From NCBI RefSeq assembly GCF_964194155.1, contig NC_135897.1, positions 84,382,001 to 84,446,000 of the forward strand: a stretch of 64,000 bases of DNA. The letters run 5' to 3'. Both the position numbers and the translations under genes were made by a program. The notes beneath the pieces are model-generated. The model worked only from the letters and a program-made list of their open reading frames with translations, did not search any database and had not been told where the DNA came from. Below, in pieces: positions 25,100-36,994 of the stretch. How positions within the stretch are numbered: the stretch's first letter is position 1; the number at the start of each line of letters is the position of its first letter. Source of the DNA: Cetorhinus maximus (lineage: Eukaryota).

Positions 25100-27130
25100 A
25101 TAAAAATAATGATGTGACAAGGAATTTATACAAAAACATTGGTTAGGCTATGATTCGGGTATTGTGTGTAGTGTTGAATGCCCGTTAGCAGGTGCTAGTG
25201 GTTGAACGGGCTGGAGCTCTTTTCTATGGAAAAGGGATGCCTGAGAGGTGACCTAATAGAGAAGTTAGTGATTATTACAAGGGATTGATCAGGTAGCTGC
25301 AGAAAGATATTTCCACTTGCAGGCAAGACCAGAACCAGGGACCATAAATTGAAAATAGTCACTAATAAATCCAGTAGACAACTAAGCAGAGACTTCTTTA
25401 CCCAGACAGTAGTTAGAATGTGGAACTAGCTCCACAAGGAGTTGAAATAAGAAGATAGAAACAGGCTATTCTGCCCAAAAGCTGCACATGCCAGTGTTTA
25501 TGCTCCACGTGAATCTACTCCAACCCTTCTTCAAATCCCATCAACAAACCTTTCTATTCCTTTTGTCCTTGTGTGCTTTCCTCAATTTATTTATGGAATT
25601 AGCCACCACTCAATCCCGACAACTCTGACTGTAAAGATTTCTCTTAGTCTCCCCTCTAGATCTTTTGTAAATTATTTTTGATCTATGACCTCTGGTTGTT
25701 GACCCACTCGCCAGAGGGAATATTTCTTCTTTATCTACTCTATCAAAACCGCTCATCTTGTTGAAAACCTCCATTAGATCACCTTGTAATCTTCACTGTT
25801 CCAGGGGAAACAGTCCTAACTTTTCCGACCTCTCCTCATAACTACAATCTCTCATCCTTGCCTACATCCCAGTTAAACCTCCTCTGTCCCATCTTTTAAG
25901 GCCTTTACATCTTTCCTGAAGAATGGTGCCTAAAATTGTCCACAATACTCCAGCCGAGGCCTATCCAGTGAGATATAAAGTTCTAACATGACCTCTTCAC
26001 TCTTTTTTACCTAGCAGAGTGAATTTAGGCTCTGTAGCGCCACTGGTGGTTTCACTATGGAAGTCCCAAGACAAGAAAATGGAATTGCTCCTGCTTCTGG
26101 CCATTTCCAGTGTGGCCTGTGGGGCTGGAGAAGATTGAAGAGATAGGAATGGATGAGGCCAAGGACAGATTTGAAAACAAGGATGAGAATTTTAAAACCA
26201 AGATGTTGCTTGCCTGGGAGCCAATGTACGGTCAGAGAGCACAGGGGTGGTAGGTGAACGGGACTTGGTGCGAGTTATGGCATGGGTTGCTGTTTTGGAT
26301 GACCTTGAGTTTATGGAGGGTCGAACGTGGGAGACTAGCCTGGAGCGCAGTGGAATAGTAAAGTCTAGAGATAACGAAGACATGAATGAGGGTTTCAGCA
26401 GCAGATGGGCTGAGGCAGAAAGAAGGTTAGACAGTGTTATGGGGGTGGAAATAGGTGGTCTTATGATTGGGCAAATACCCCTGGTTGGCAGAAACCTATC
26501 AATTTCTGATTTAAAATTAGCAATTGACCCAGCATCAGCTACCTTTTTGTAGATGAGTTTTCCAAACTTCAAACCACCCTTTGCAGAAGTGTCTCCTAAC
26601 TTCACTCCTAAGAAGCTTTAATTTTTAGCCTATGTCTGTAATCCTAGACCCCCTCCTGGCATAGGTAGTTTCTCTCTGCCTACCCTATTGGCTTCTCTTA
26701 AAGCCTTGGAAACTTCAATTAAATCACCCTTCAATATTCCAAATTCCCAGGAATAAAATGCTGGTCGGTGTAATCTCTCCTTGGAGTCCAGATAACAGTC
26801 TGGTAAATTCATGCTGCACTCCCCTCAAGGGCAACATATCCCCTCTAAGGTGTGGTGCTCAGACTGCTCACAGTACACCGGGTATGATTTAATCAGGGGC
26901 TTGTATAGCTGAAGTGTGACTTCTACTCCTTTGTATTCTAGTCCTTTAGATATAAAAGCCAACATGCCATTAGCCGTTTTTGCTTATTTTTTGTACTTGT
27001 TAATGATGTTTTAATAATCTGCATACGTGGACCCCTAAGTCTTTTTGAATCTTCATTGTTTCAAGTTCTTCATCACTTGGATCTGACCTGTTTTTAGGTG
27101 CAAACTGCATGGCCTCCTGCTTGTAATCAT
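25100..27130. mobile_element. Cluster of decayed CR1 (both strands) and L2 (about 26130-26470, minus) fragments
   Basis: LRGDLIE, NFKSEIDRFL, LKGDLIEV, and L2-type ISLSLDF..HAITRTKSRSPTTPVL..L.P peptides. Confidence 0.75.
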
Positions 27131-27323
27131 CCACTGACCATCGGCAGTGCTATCGAAAATTTACTAGTAATTCTGATGTATGGGGTAGATTATCTTCAAT
27201 CTTACAATGTGGAGGGCTGGACGCGAAGATTCAAATAGGTGTACAACAAGGCGAATAGAGATTTATGTGCAGCTGTAATGAAGACAGCCTGGATGGCAAA
27301 GTGAAAACTTGGAGTGAAACCAA

Positions 27324-28726
27324 GGCCAGAATTTTCCCGTTGGCGTGTGGGGTGGGGGGTTGGGCGGGCCTCGCAATTGTAAAATGACGCGCGGTGACGT
27401 TGGGCGAGCATCCCGATATTTAGGGGCTGCTCGTGGACCTGGGCGCATATGGCGCCTCTCCATGATCCATGGCTTGCTGTTCAAAAGGAGTCAAGATGGC
27501 CAACTGGGCCTGGCCTCCGCCAGTCTGCATCCGCTTGGTGGCATTGTGTGCAGTCTTCTCCTGAAAAGGAGGGAAGAGCATTGATTGGTCCAGCCTGTAC
27601 CTGGATTCCCATTTCATCCCTGCCAACCCAACCGGAGTGGGACATTGCAGGGCTCCAGATCTCCGTTACCCCGCAGTTGCCGCACACTCACACAAAGAAG
27701 CCAGGGCTGACCCCACCCCTCGCCCAAATGCTGCCTCCATCACATTTGGCAGCACAAGGTGTAACCTTGCAAAGCCAAGGAGGCACAAGCACGTGGAACG
27801 CGGAGGGCACCAGATGGATTGGTGCCCCCCCCACCTGGAAGCTCCCCCCTCCCAGCACGTTAGCACCCTGACTTTGACATGCTTCCCAGTTCCAGCACTA
27901 TGCCTAGGTGCAGATCCTTGAATTTCCCCCCCTCCCTGATTCTATACTCTGGGTGTCAGTGTCACACATGCTGCGGGTGCGGAACCCATCTCAGCACAAC
28001 CCTCAGGGTGAACTAGGCATGGGCAATATCTGCTGGCCCACCCAGCGAGGGATACGTGCCGTGAAGAATTCAACGCAGTAACTGGACTCAGAGTTTCTGG
28101 GAGGTGGGGGGGAGCGGGTGGGTGGGCGTGGAGTCGGTCGGGGTTGAGGTTGTGGGGGAAAGGGTGACGGCTGCATTAAGTGACTTCAGGCAACATGGTT
28201 CTCATCCTTCCTGTGTGCAGGAGGCCGTTGAATCTTTTTCAGCACTGGACCCATGTGCGTCGCATCACATCACGGGAGCTCACACTCTCGGCCACCTCCT
28301 CCCACACACGTTTGGTCAGGTGGGGAGGCCTCCGCCTCCCGTCCCTCGGAATCAGGACCTCCCGCCGCGCAGCCACCTCCTGCAGGAGGGCAGCTAGGCA
28401 CTCACCTGAGAACCGAGGGGCACAGTGCCCCGCTGCCCTACCCTCTGGCCTGGCCTGCCCTCCGGACTTGCGTGCTCAACAGAAGCCCTCTGGCGAGCCA
28501 TTATACCGGCCATTGTGCTAGGCCTTTAAACAGGCTGCCGGGTCGCCATTGGACCCGGCGTTCCGTGCATGCCCGCTGGTGCCCACCCACTCCCGCTATC
28601 CTCGGGAGTCGAGAAATATGCTGGGCCGGCCTTAATTAGCCCGCCCACGTAAAATGGCGGCGTGGGCGGTGATCGGGCCCATGTTCGCTCCCGCTCGGCC
28701 CACCCGACATGAGGAAAATTCTCCCC
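27324..28726 (-). mobile_element. Non-autonomous PIF/Harbinger derivative with a Myb/SANT ORF remnant and an internal LINE-like segment
   Basis: TIRs ggccagaatttt / aaaattctcccc, 3-bp flanks caa/cga. Minus-strand 28206-28421 reads APRFSGECLAALLQEVAARREVL...TKRVWEEVAESVSS..VMRRTWVQC*KRFNGL. Confidence 0.78.
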
Positions 28727-28959
28727 CGAGTTACAGAAAACAACAGCCTGGTAAAATCAAAGAAGTGCTTGAAATACTTGACGCTTGTTAATTCGTCACT
28801 TTTCATGAGGGAAATGAAAGGCATTTTATTTAAATGGAGCCAGGTGTATCTCATAGTTTTCATCTGACTAGTGCGCTGATAGGTAACTGGTCAGCAAGAG
28901 ATGTGTAAGATGAATCAGCTGTGGCTCAGTTTATTTTGTTATTTTCTATTATGTCGAAC

Positions 28960-29495
28960 CAGTTGTTTTGCCTTTGTTTCCTTTAGACTTAACTATTCCA
29001 AATGCTCTGCTAGCTACACCTCCCATAAACTTGAGCTGATCCAAATCCCGGCTACTCATATCCTCATTCAGGCCAAGTCCTATTGACTCATCATCCCTGA
29101 TCTGCATTGGCTCCCAGTCCGGTGATGCCTCGAATTTAAAATTCTCATCTTTGTTTTCAAATCTCTCCATGACCTTGCCTCTCAGTTTCTCTGTCCCTTC
29201 CTCCAGCCCCACAACCGTTCCAGGTCTCTACACTACTCGATTTGTGTTCCTTTATGGCATTTTATCCTGTTTCACAATGGTATTGGTAGAATTGACATGG
29301 CCCTCATCTCTGGAATTCCTTCCCTAAACATCTCCCTAATTCTACCTTTCTCTCTTTTAAGCGCTCCCTTAAACCCAATTCCTTAGCTCACCCCTTCTAA
29401 TGTCTCCTTTTGTGGCATGGTATCAAAATTTGCTTGAACAACTTCTGTGAAGCGCCTTGGGAGATTTTTTTACTATGTTAAAGGTGCTACATAAC
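28960..29495 (+). mobile_element. L2 LINE 3' end
   Basis: RLNYS..., LHWLPV..RLEFKIL-like region; tail tgtgaagcgccttggga...aaaggtgctacataa. Confidence 0.75.
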
Positions 29496-31069
29496 TCCAA
29501 TTTGTCGATTTCATCCTTTTCAAAAGGAATTTAATTTTCACTTTCGGAGGGTAGAAAGTTGACAGCTGTTGATTGATCACCCATTGGATGATGGAAAAGG
29601 AGAATAGGACAGATTGTGTAAGAAACAGCTGATCTCCTATCATAAGCATTCCGCTCCTGTCTTCTCCATTAACAACGCACACGCGAAATATCTGTGTTAC
29701 GGGTCGAACAGGGTTTATTTCTGTTGGGTAAAAAGCACCAGGCAACTTTGTGGAACAACCTAGAAAGATTTTGTCTGTAATTCATGAAATGGTCCCCAAA
29801 CACTGAAATGCTCTGCGTGGACATTAAAACAGCAACTGATCACTCCTCTGGCCTACAGCGAAAACACACTGAATTTTAGTTCTTAAAGCAGCTAAGACTG
29901 CCAATTTCTAAGGTTTTAGCACTTCAGGCGTAAATGCTCCATTCTGAAATGATGATGATGTTGCCAAATAAATGAAGATACTATTGACAGGCTTCTGACC
30001 CTAAAATAGTTTTCATAAGGTAAAGAAGTATTAAAGACACCAAATGGGCAATCATATGTAAAAGCTTTAATTTCAATTAACATTTTATTTGTAGTATATG
30101 CTCCATCTTCCAGAATCTCTGTCGCCAGCATTCTCCTTTACTCCAGTCCGTGCTCTTCCGTTAGACTCAGCTTTCCAAGTATATTGAGAAAAGGGTGAGC
30201 ACTGTTCTCTCATATACTTTTTTTTTTTGATCCTGTTTCTAAGTGACTGTTTGCTCTCTCTTTAGCCATATTGCTTCCCTCCAAACAAAACTGCAGCAAT
30301 CTTCATGGCACAAAGTAAGCAGGTGATCAAATTGTCAGCCTGTGTCACGCTGTTCTTAAATGAGCCTCCAGGAGAGATCGGACCAGAATATTTAATTCAT
30401 TCACCCTTGTACGCCCCACCTCGCGGGCTGGTAAGAAGTGCTTGTCCAGCTCTTTGATGACGTAACCAAGATCAAATGTGCTTTGGGAAAAGCCTGAATT
30501 TTTCTTTTTACGCAGTGGCCCCTTTTAAGACTAAAGTGAAACTGGGGAGCATTCTGAAAGATGGTTAATTGATTTCCCAATTATGACATCATTAGGTTCA
30601 AAGAAATGCCCATGTGACCTGAAGTTGCCATGGGGATGAAAAGCTAAGAAGGAAAAAGGTAAATGGAAAGTTAACTGTAGTGGTTCTTCAGCCTGTCTTT
30701 ATGGTAGGCAGTTCAGAACACACACAATTCAGGTGAGAGGAAGCAAGGTAGGCTCTCCATGAATGGTGCAGTTTTCTGTTTGACAGTTTAGAACAGATTC
30801 TTGTGTTGACGCAGGTCTCTGAGAATAGAGCAGAGATTGTGTTACTGATTGTGTTGTACAGTTGGAAAGGACAGAGAGCTGAAGGTAGGGAGAGCAGATG
30901 TTGTGGATTGGCTAGGACCACTGCTGCTGATGATCTTAAATTGGTTGTCAAGCAGTCTGCTAAGAATTACGCTGACAACCAATTTAAGATTGTCAGTCAG
31001 GCTGAAAGTTTGGCGCATTTGCTTGTACTAGAAGCTACATATATATATATTAATACACAGGGTCCTGTT

Positions 31070-31420
31070 CTTTGCAGACAGAAAAAACATGGACACACAC
31101 TGCGCCTGTTTCAGCTAAACAAAATAAGTGACAGCCATTCGCTGATTCATTCCTAAGGGCAATGCCTTGACCAATCAGGGCCAAGTTGCTGGTTTAAATT
31201 TCAAACAGTGCTTGGCAGTGAACTGTCAGTCGTGATCACTGGTACATTCTCCATGGCAATGCCTCTACCAATCAAAGTCCACTTGCCAACCAATCAGCAC
31301 TCTCTTCTCACACAGTATAAATTGTTGTTTTTCCCCTTATATTGGTATTCTTGCGAAGTGTCCTGATGAGTATAAAATGAAAAGCTTTGACATGTCTCTT
31401 ATTTTTTCAGCAATATTCAA
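31070..31420 (+). mobile_element. Penelope-type pseudo-LTR with CCAAT/TATA boxes and a hammerhead motif
   Basis: Three CCAATC boxes (about 31171, 31269, 31290), TATAAA at 31316, then a hammerhead core. Confidence 0.55.
31359..31392 (+). ncRNA. Minimal type I hammerhead ribozyme motif
   Basis: UGUC-CUGAUGA-GU(AUAAA)AU-GAAA-AGCU-UU-GACA: stem I UGUC/GACA, conserved core, palindromic AGCU replacing stem III. Confidence 0.65.
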
Positions 31421-31444
31421 GACAATATGTTCTTGTGATATTCA

Positions 31445-31612
31445 AGGCTCCTTGTTCTTTGGAAAATAGTGTCATGGGGATCTTTTACATTCACCTGAGA
31501 GGGCAGATGGAACCTCAGTTAAACGTCTCATCTGAAACACGGCAGCTGTAATGGTGTAGCACTCCCTCAGTACCGCACTTGAGTGTCAGCCTTGATTTTT
31601 ATGTTCAAGCCT
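31445..31612 (-). mobile_element. DeuSINE central (Deu) domain
   Basis: Reverse strand reads ttcagatgagacgtttaactgagg...ctctcaggtgaatgtaaaagatccccatgacactatttt, like the AmnSINE1/SacSINE1 core. Confidence 0.75.
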
Positions 31613-32624
31613 GATGCTCCAGTGCAGTCCTAATTAAACTCTGTGTTTCAACCTATCAAGGAAATATTGAAGATAACTAAAGATCAGCTGAACTGTCAAA
31701 TATCAAAAAATTAACAGGCATTCAGCAAAATTAATTCTGTTTTCAGGTTGCATGTTATTAGTGCTTATGTTTGTGTACAGTGCGACCGTATGAGCTACAT
31801 TATGATTGCACTGATCTATTGAGTAACATGAACAGGTAGAGCTTGAGTTGAGAGTGTTAAGTATCAGAAAGATATACTCCATTTCCTCGAACAGTCCGGT
31901 TACAATTCACCCAAACTAACATGAGAGGGAAATATGTGTATGATTTAAGGAATTAAAACTTTGAAATGTTTGTCCAAAGTTACTATTCACTTTATCCTAT
32001 CTTGACTGATTTGCACTGCTGATATTCCTAATGAACGATTGAATCTTTAATCTGTCTACACTTACCCATTGAACTTCATCTCCCTGAACCTTGGAGATTA
32101 TAATGTGAAAGCTGACTCAATAATCAAACACTGACTGCCCTGCTGCAGTTTTGCATTCTTTATCTCAACCTGTTATTGACCTGTAAGGATGCTACCCAGA
32201 GATGGCATCAATCAGTATAATTTTTATCGACGTCATGTGCTAGCCATGCATGATAATGAGCTGTGTATCTCAAGATCGGACTGGCCTTCGTAACTGGGCT
32301 TATATTGATATTTGTTGATGTCTCATTTGGTGTAATATTGATACTAGAGTTTGAGCTTTTCTTATCTCTAGGGTCGTGGAGAAATTTCACAAGGTTTTAT
32401 CTTCTCTTGAGAGGTTAGTTTGAGGCTTGACCCTCCACTGAGCATTTTTGATAGTTTTTCGAAAGCGTAGCACATCTGTGAACATTTAATTGTGTGCCTC
32501 AGCACTTACACCCTACCTACTCCCTTCCAACTCGAATTTCTTCTGTGTCTGTGCCAATGTATGAGAAGTGCCTTACTGGGTTATCATCACATCTGTCACC
32601 TCAACTTTCAGCCTCTTGGGACTT

Positions 32625-33390
32625 TTATTCTTTGATGGGATGTGGGTGTTGCTGGCAAGACCAACATTTCTTTGCCCATCCCTAATTGCCCTTGAGGCGA
32701 TAGTGGTAAGCCGCCTTCTTGAACCGCAACCAAGTAACAAATGAACTGGCCACTGCTAATTGTGGGGCCTTGTGGGTCCCCAAACTGCCTGCATTTCTGA
32801 CAAAAAAAAAATGCCATACGCTTCACCTCAGAAAATAATTCTGGAATGAGCTTAAAGCAGTAAAATACAGCAGTCAGATTGTTTAAAAATAAACAATTGA
32901 CATACTGATGTCCATTGTCCAGTCTGGCCTGTTTGTGACCCCATTCCCACATTAATGTGGTTGACTCATAACTGCTTCCTAAAATAGCCTAAGAAGCTGT
33001 TCAGTTGCCTCATCACATGGACTGCAGTGGTTCAAGAGGCCAACCTGCCACCATTCCAGGGTAACTAGACATGGGCAATAAATGATGGCCTGTGTAGGGA
33101 CACAAGGACCCTTCCAAACCAATGACCACCAACCTAGAAGGACAGAGGCAGTAGGGGCATGAGAACACCACCACCTGCAAGTTCCTCTCCAGCCACACAC
33201 CATCCTGACTTGGACCTAATCACCGATCCTTCCCTCTTCCTTCCTAACAGCACTCTGGATGTACCCGTGCAAGGTCAACTGAAGCGGTTCAAGAAGGCGG
33301 CTTACCACTATTGCCTCGAGCAATTAGGGATGGGCAATAAATGTTGGTCTGGCCAGTGATACCCTCATCCCAGGAAAGAATAAAAATCCC
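32625..33390. mobile_element. Family B LINE and SINE tail fragments, both strands
   Basis: Family B tail on the minus strand at 32625-32730 and twice on the plus strand in 32950-33385. Confidence 0.7.
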
Positions 33391-34009
33391 AAGAGGCTGA
33401 ACGTTGGGATGACAGATGTGGTGATAACCCAATAGGGCACTTCTCATACATTAATTTGAATCACTAAGTACAGCATTGAAGCAATATGTTAGCAACAGCA
33501 AGAAAAAGTTAAAGCATTTGAATAAACCTTAGGAGTTTCTTGTGCATTTTAATGCTGTTTAAATATTGTTGCATTTCTCCCGAATCTCACCAGAATGAGA
33601 TTCCAGGGAGTCCAGCAGCTATCTGGTACTTTTTCACTTGTGAGGCTAGAAGCTAGAGAGTAGATAGACTATTCATTACAGAAGGCATCATTCTATAGCT
33701 TGCTGCTGTTCTTGCATGTGTGTCTTTCAGCAGGGATCCATCATAACACTTGAGAGCAAGAGTCCCAGTTGACTCCGACTCAGACTGCTTCCATTCCTAG
33801 CCCAGAATTATAATACTTTCCATGAGATCAGCGAACTCAGCATAGACCAAGAATTGACCCTGTGATCATTTTCAGCTTCACAGCCCTTGTGTGCAACACC
33901 AGTTTACTCAGTGAAGCAACAGGGAAATTGCATTTCTGCCCTTAGCTCTTTCACTTGCTACAGAGAGTTTAAGGATTATTTCTGTACAGTGTTTTGATAA
34001 TTTATATTC

Positions 34010-34860
34010 AGTCATATTCAGGGTGAGATAAGTCTGTCTACTATCACCATTGCTGTTCAACAACTATGTGGAAGGCATGATAAAAGAAGCTTGAGCTGTA
34101 GTACAGAAAGGTGTTGACGTAGGAGGTTGCTTGGTGAAGATAGTGAGATTTGCAAATGATCAGGTCCAAGTGGCTAGCACATCAGAAGATCTACAGATAG
34201 ACTGAGTGAAGTAGTAAAATGCTTACGCAATGAAAATTAATGTAAAAGAGACAAAGTTATGAAGATTGCAAGAAATAATGGCAGGAAAGCAGAGGTCAAG
34301 ATAAACGATCAACAGCTGGACCAGCTTTCACAATTTAAGTATCTGGGAAACATCTTGTCAGAAGATGGTTACTGCCCTAAAGAAATCAGAGCTAGAATAG
34401 CAATAGCAAAGAACATACTCCCTAAACAAGAATGGCACAGCAAAAGAATCAGTTGAGATCTTAAATGCCTTATTACATTTGAGGCTGAGAAATGGACTGA
34501 GAAAAGCGGACATCCAAAAACTAGACAGTTGTGAAATGTAGCTCTGGAGAAGGATGGAGTGGGTCAGTTGGTGCGAACACAAGCGGTGAAGAATACTTCA
34601 GGATGGTGGAGGAAGAAAGGTTATTAGCAGATATCACCAAGAAAAGGTAACAGTGTTGGACTGACATTCTAAGGCATGAGAACGTGCTGAAGAAGTGAGA
34701 GAAGGAAGATTAGAGGAATGTAGACCAAGAGGGAGAAGAGAATAATGATGTTGGACAACTTGAAAATGAACATGTGAGACTCCTACAAGCAACTGAAAAG
34801 GAAAATGCAAGACCACGAGGCATGGAGAAATGAACAGAGGACCTGCACTCGGGTAGACCA
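34010..34860 (+). mobile_element. Old RTE-clade LINE RT fragment
   Basis: LSPLLFN-like and RFAND motifs; MKINVKETK; QLSQFKYLGNILSEDGYCPKEIRARIAIAK. Confidence 0.75.
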
Positions 34861-36025
34861 CCTATACTGTCCCGGATTTTGCAGCAGTGACCAAGGAATG
34901 TCACTTGTCCATTAATTACACTTACAGCGGATCACAGACCTTGAATGGGGTTTTAATGCAACAGCCAAGAGTAATCAGTGAGCCATTTTTGACATAGCGC
35001 TGTCTATGGGGGATCTGGGATCTGTGTGAATAGGGAAAGCAACAATGCTTCAAGCAGTTCAGTTGAAGAATTCTTACTGAGACACACAGAGTCTAAACAA
35101 AGAAGTGCAAAGTAGAATGTTTAATTCAATTTCAAATCATTTACAAAAATCAAAATAAGCAAGTGCATCACCCAAAAGGAAATCGTCTTGGCATACTGAC
35201 ATGGGAGTCTGTTCAATTCTCTGTCCAGATCCACATCCCCTTCACTCCATTCTGCTGCAAGAGGAAGGTTAGTAAGGAGTGGCCTGTGGAATGTGACTGC
35301 TGAATAAAATGAAAGACAGGATGATAATGTCTTAACATCAATGTAGGAGCTAAGGACAGCAAATGTTGGAAACAAGCAGCTGTCCCATAGGATCTGGGGG
35401 GTTTAAATATAGGCCAAATTTTATTGCTACTGAAGAATGTTTATGAGGAGCATTAATCAGCAATGCACTTCACTGCCTCCATCAGATCTTTAGATGTCAG
35501 TAAATGTGCAGTCAGCTTCCCCCAGTGTCACAATAGAAGAAAATACAGGTAGTCAGACAGTGCTTTGTGGCCCTTATAAGCAATATACACAGCGGACTGT
35601 GTCTAGATTATGGATGTACACGTGTTCTCACCCATGTTTCAGTTTAGGAAAAAGGCTAGTGGGCAAACATGTGGTGCCCAATCTTGCTGGAAATTTAACA
35701 GTGTGTTAACAGTGCATACTGTTATTAATTTGCAAATTTGAAAGTTCTGGGATTAAGAGTTAGTTGCAAATTTCCCAAACATTCTAGCCGCCCTTATGAA
35801 ACATTTATGTGGCTTGGACATTTGAGTTGTGTGACTAGTCGCTTGCGTAGGTTTTTGGAAATGCTCCTGCTGTCTCTCCAATATGGAGCAGTAATGGGCT
35901 TGACATAGCATTTGTCGTAAAATCTAATGATTTGGCCAAGGGAACCAGTAGGAACTTGGAGGTGATTGCCTTGTTAGAGCTGGATGGTTAAGTGCACGTA
36001 GCATTTGGCAGTGAATTCCAATGTC

Positions 36026-36994
36026 TCACAAAGACATTTCTATTTCGTGACCTTGTTTTACTCGCATCTTTTTAAACAGCAGCTTGGTGAATAACTTGCA
36101 GAGCAGGAAATAGATGATTGGATCAAGGCAAACATTAATTGCACACAGAAGCTTTGAGAACTCCTTTGCATAATACAGTGTGTCATAGGTTGTACAGCCT
36201 TTCTGATTGTTTGGTCTCTTATAGACGAGTCTCATGATATGGTAAGGCACAAAGCAGATGGTGAAGACACCCATGGTGCTGAATATGTTACGATTCACTT
36301 TCTTTATCATGTTGCTTGAGTCCTTATGTAATTTTTGATCGGACCAATATATTTTTTTAAAAATGGCTGAATAACACAGCATGAGGAGGACAAAAGTGAT
36401 CCAGAAAATAACTTGGCATTTAATAGCTGTGAATTGATACCAATTTTTACTCTGCTCATTTCTAAAGTCAAAACACTGTGTTGTAATTTTGTCTGCGGAG
36501 GGCATGTTTGTCAAAATGATGCTGATCACGGCGCTGCCCATTATGAAGACCCAACAACCTGCACTAATGACCTTGGCAAAGATGACCTTTTGCACCATGA
36601 AGTTTTTCGTGGGCCACGCTATCTTCAGATACCTGTCGAAACTGATCAGGCCGAGGAACATTATGCTCAGGTACATGTTGCCATAGAAGAGCACGAGATT
36701 GTAGCGACACACAAATGCTTTCAGCTGCCAGGGTCCAAGATGTGAATCGGACAGGATTTTAAAAGGAAGTGTGATGAGCATCATCACATCAGTGGTGACG
36801 ATGTTCTTGAGATAAACCACAAAGCTGGATTGACTTGAAATGTGACAGAAGATCCAGGTGGCCAGTGCATTCAGCAGTAACCCTCCAATAAAAACAAAGA
36901 AATACAAAACTGGAAGGACCACCTTTGTCACTTTGGTGTACGCCAAATCTTTACAGTCGGTCGCGTTGGGAGAATCTGTGCTCATGTTCTGCAT
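36026..36994 (-). CDS. P2RY14: P2Y purinoceptor 14-like GPCR (about 322 aa from the ATG at 36994)
   Basis: PVLY..FIGGLLLN, YLKNIV, LPFKILSDSHLGPWQL..FVCR, NMYLSI, LISFDRY, RNIFS, CFVPYHIMR, KEF, NVCLDPIIYF match vertebrate P2RY14 best from recall. The ORF-track start at 37015 lies upstream of a ttatttttcAG acceptor (37002-37004), so the ATG at 36994 is more likely. Orthologue versus co-orthologue needs a tree. Confidence 0.85.
   Translation of the reverse strand: MQNMSTDSPNATDCKDLAYTKVTKVVLPVLYFFVFIGGLLLNALATWIFCHISSQSSFVVYLKNIVTTDVMMLITLPFKILSDSHLGPWQLKAFVCRYNLVLFYGNMYLSIMFLGLISFDRYLKIAWPTKNFMVQKVIFAKVISAGCWVFIMGSAVISIILTNMPSADKITTQCFDFRNEQSKNWYQFTAIKCQVIFWITFVLLMLCYSAIFKKIYWSDQKLHKDSSNMIKKVNRNIFSTMGVFTICFVPYHIMRLVYKRPNNQKGCTTYDTLYYAKEFSKLLCAINVCLDPIIYFLLCKLFTKLLFKKMRVKQGHEIEMSL

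Noticed and set aside
36413-36745. Antisense ORF shared with 50505-50816
   Set aside because: It is the shadow frame of the near-identical GPCR coding strands, with no independent evidence.
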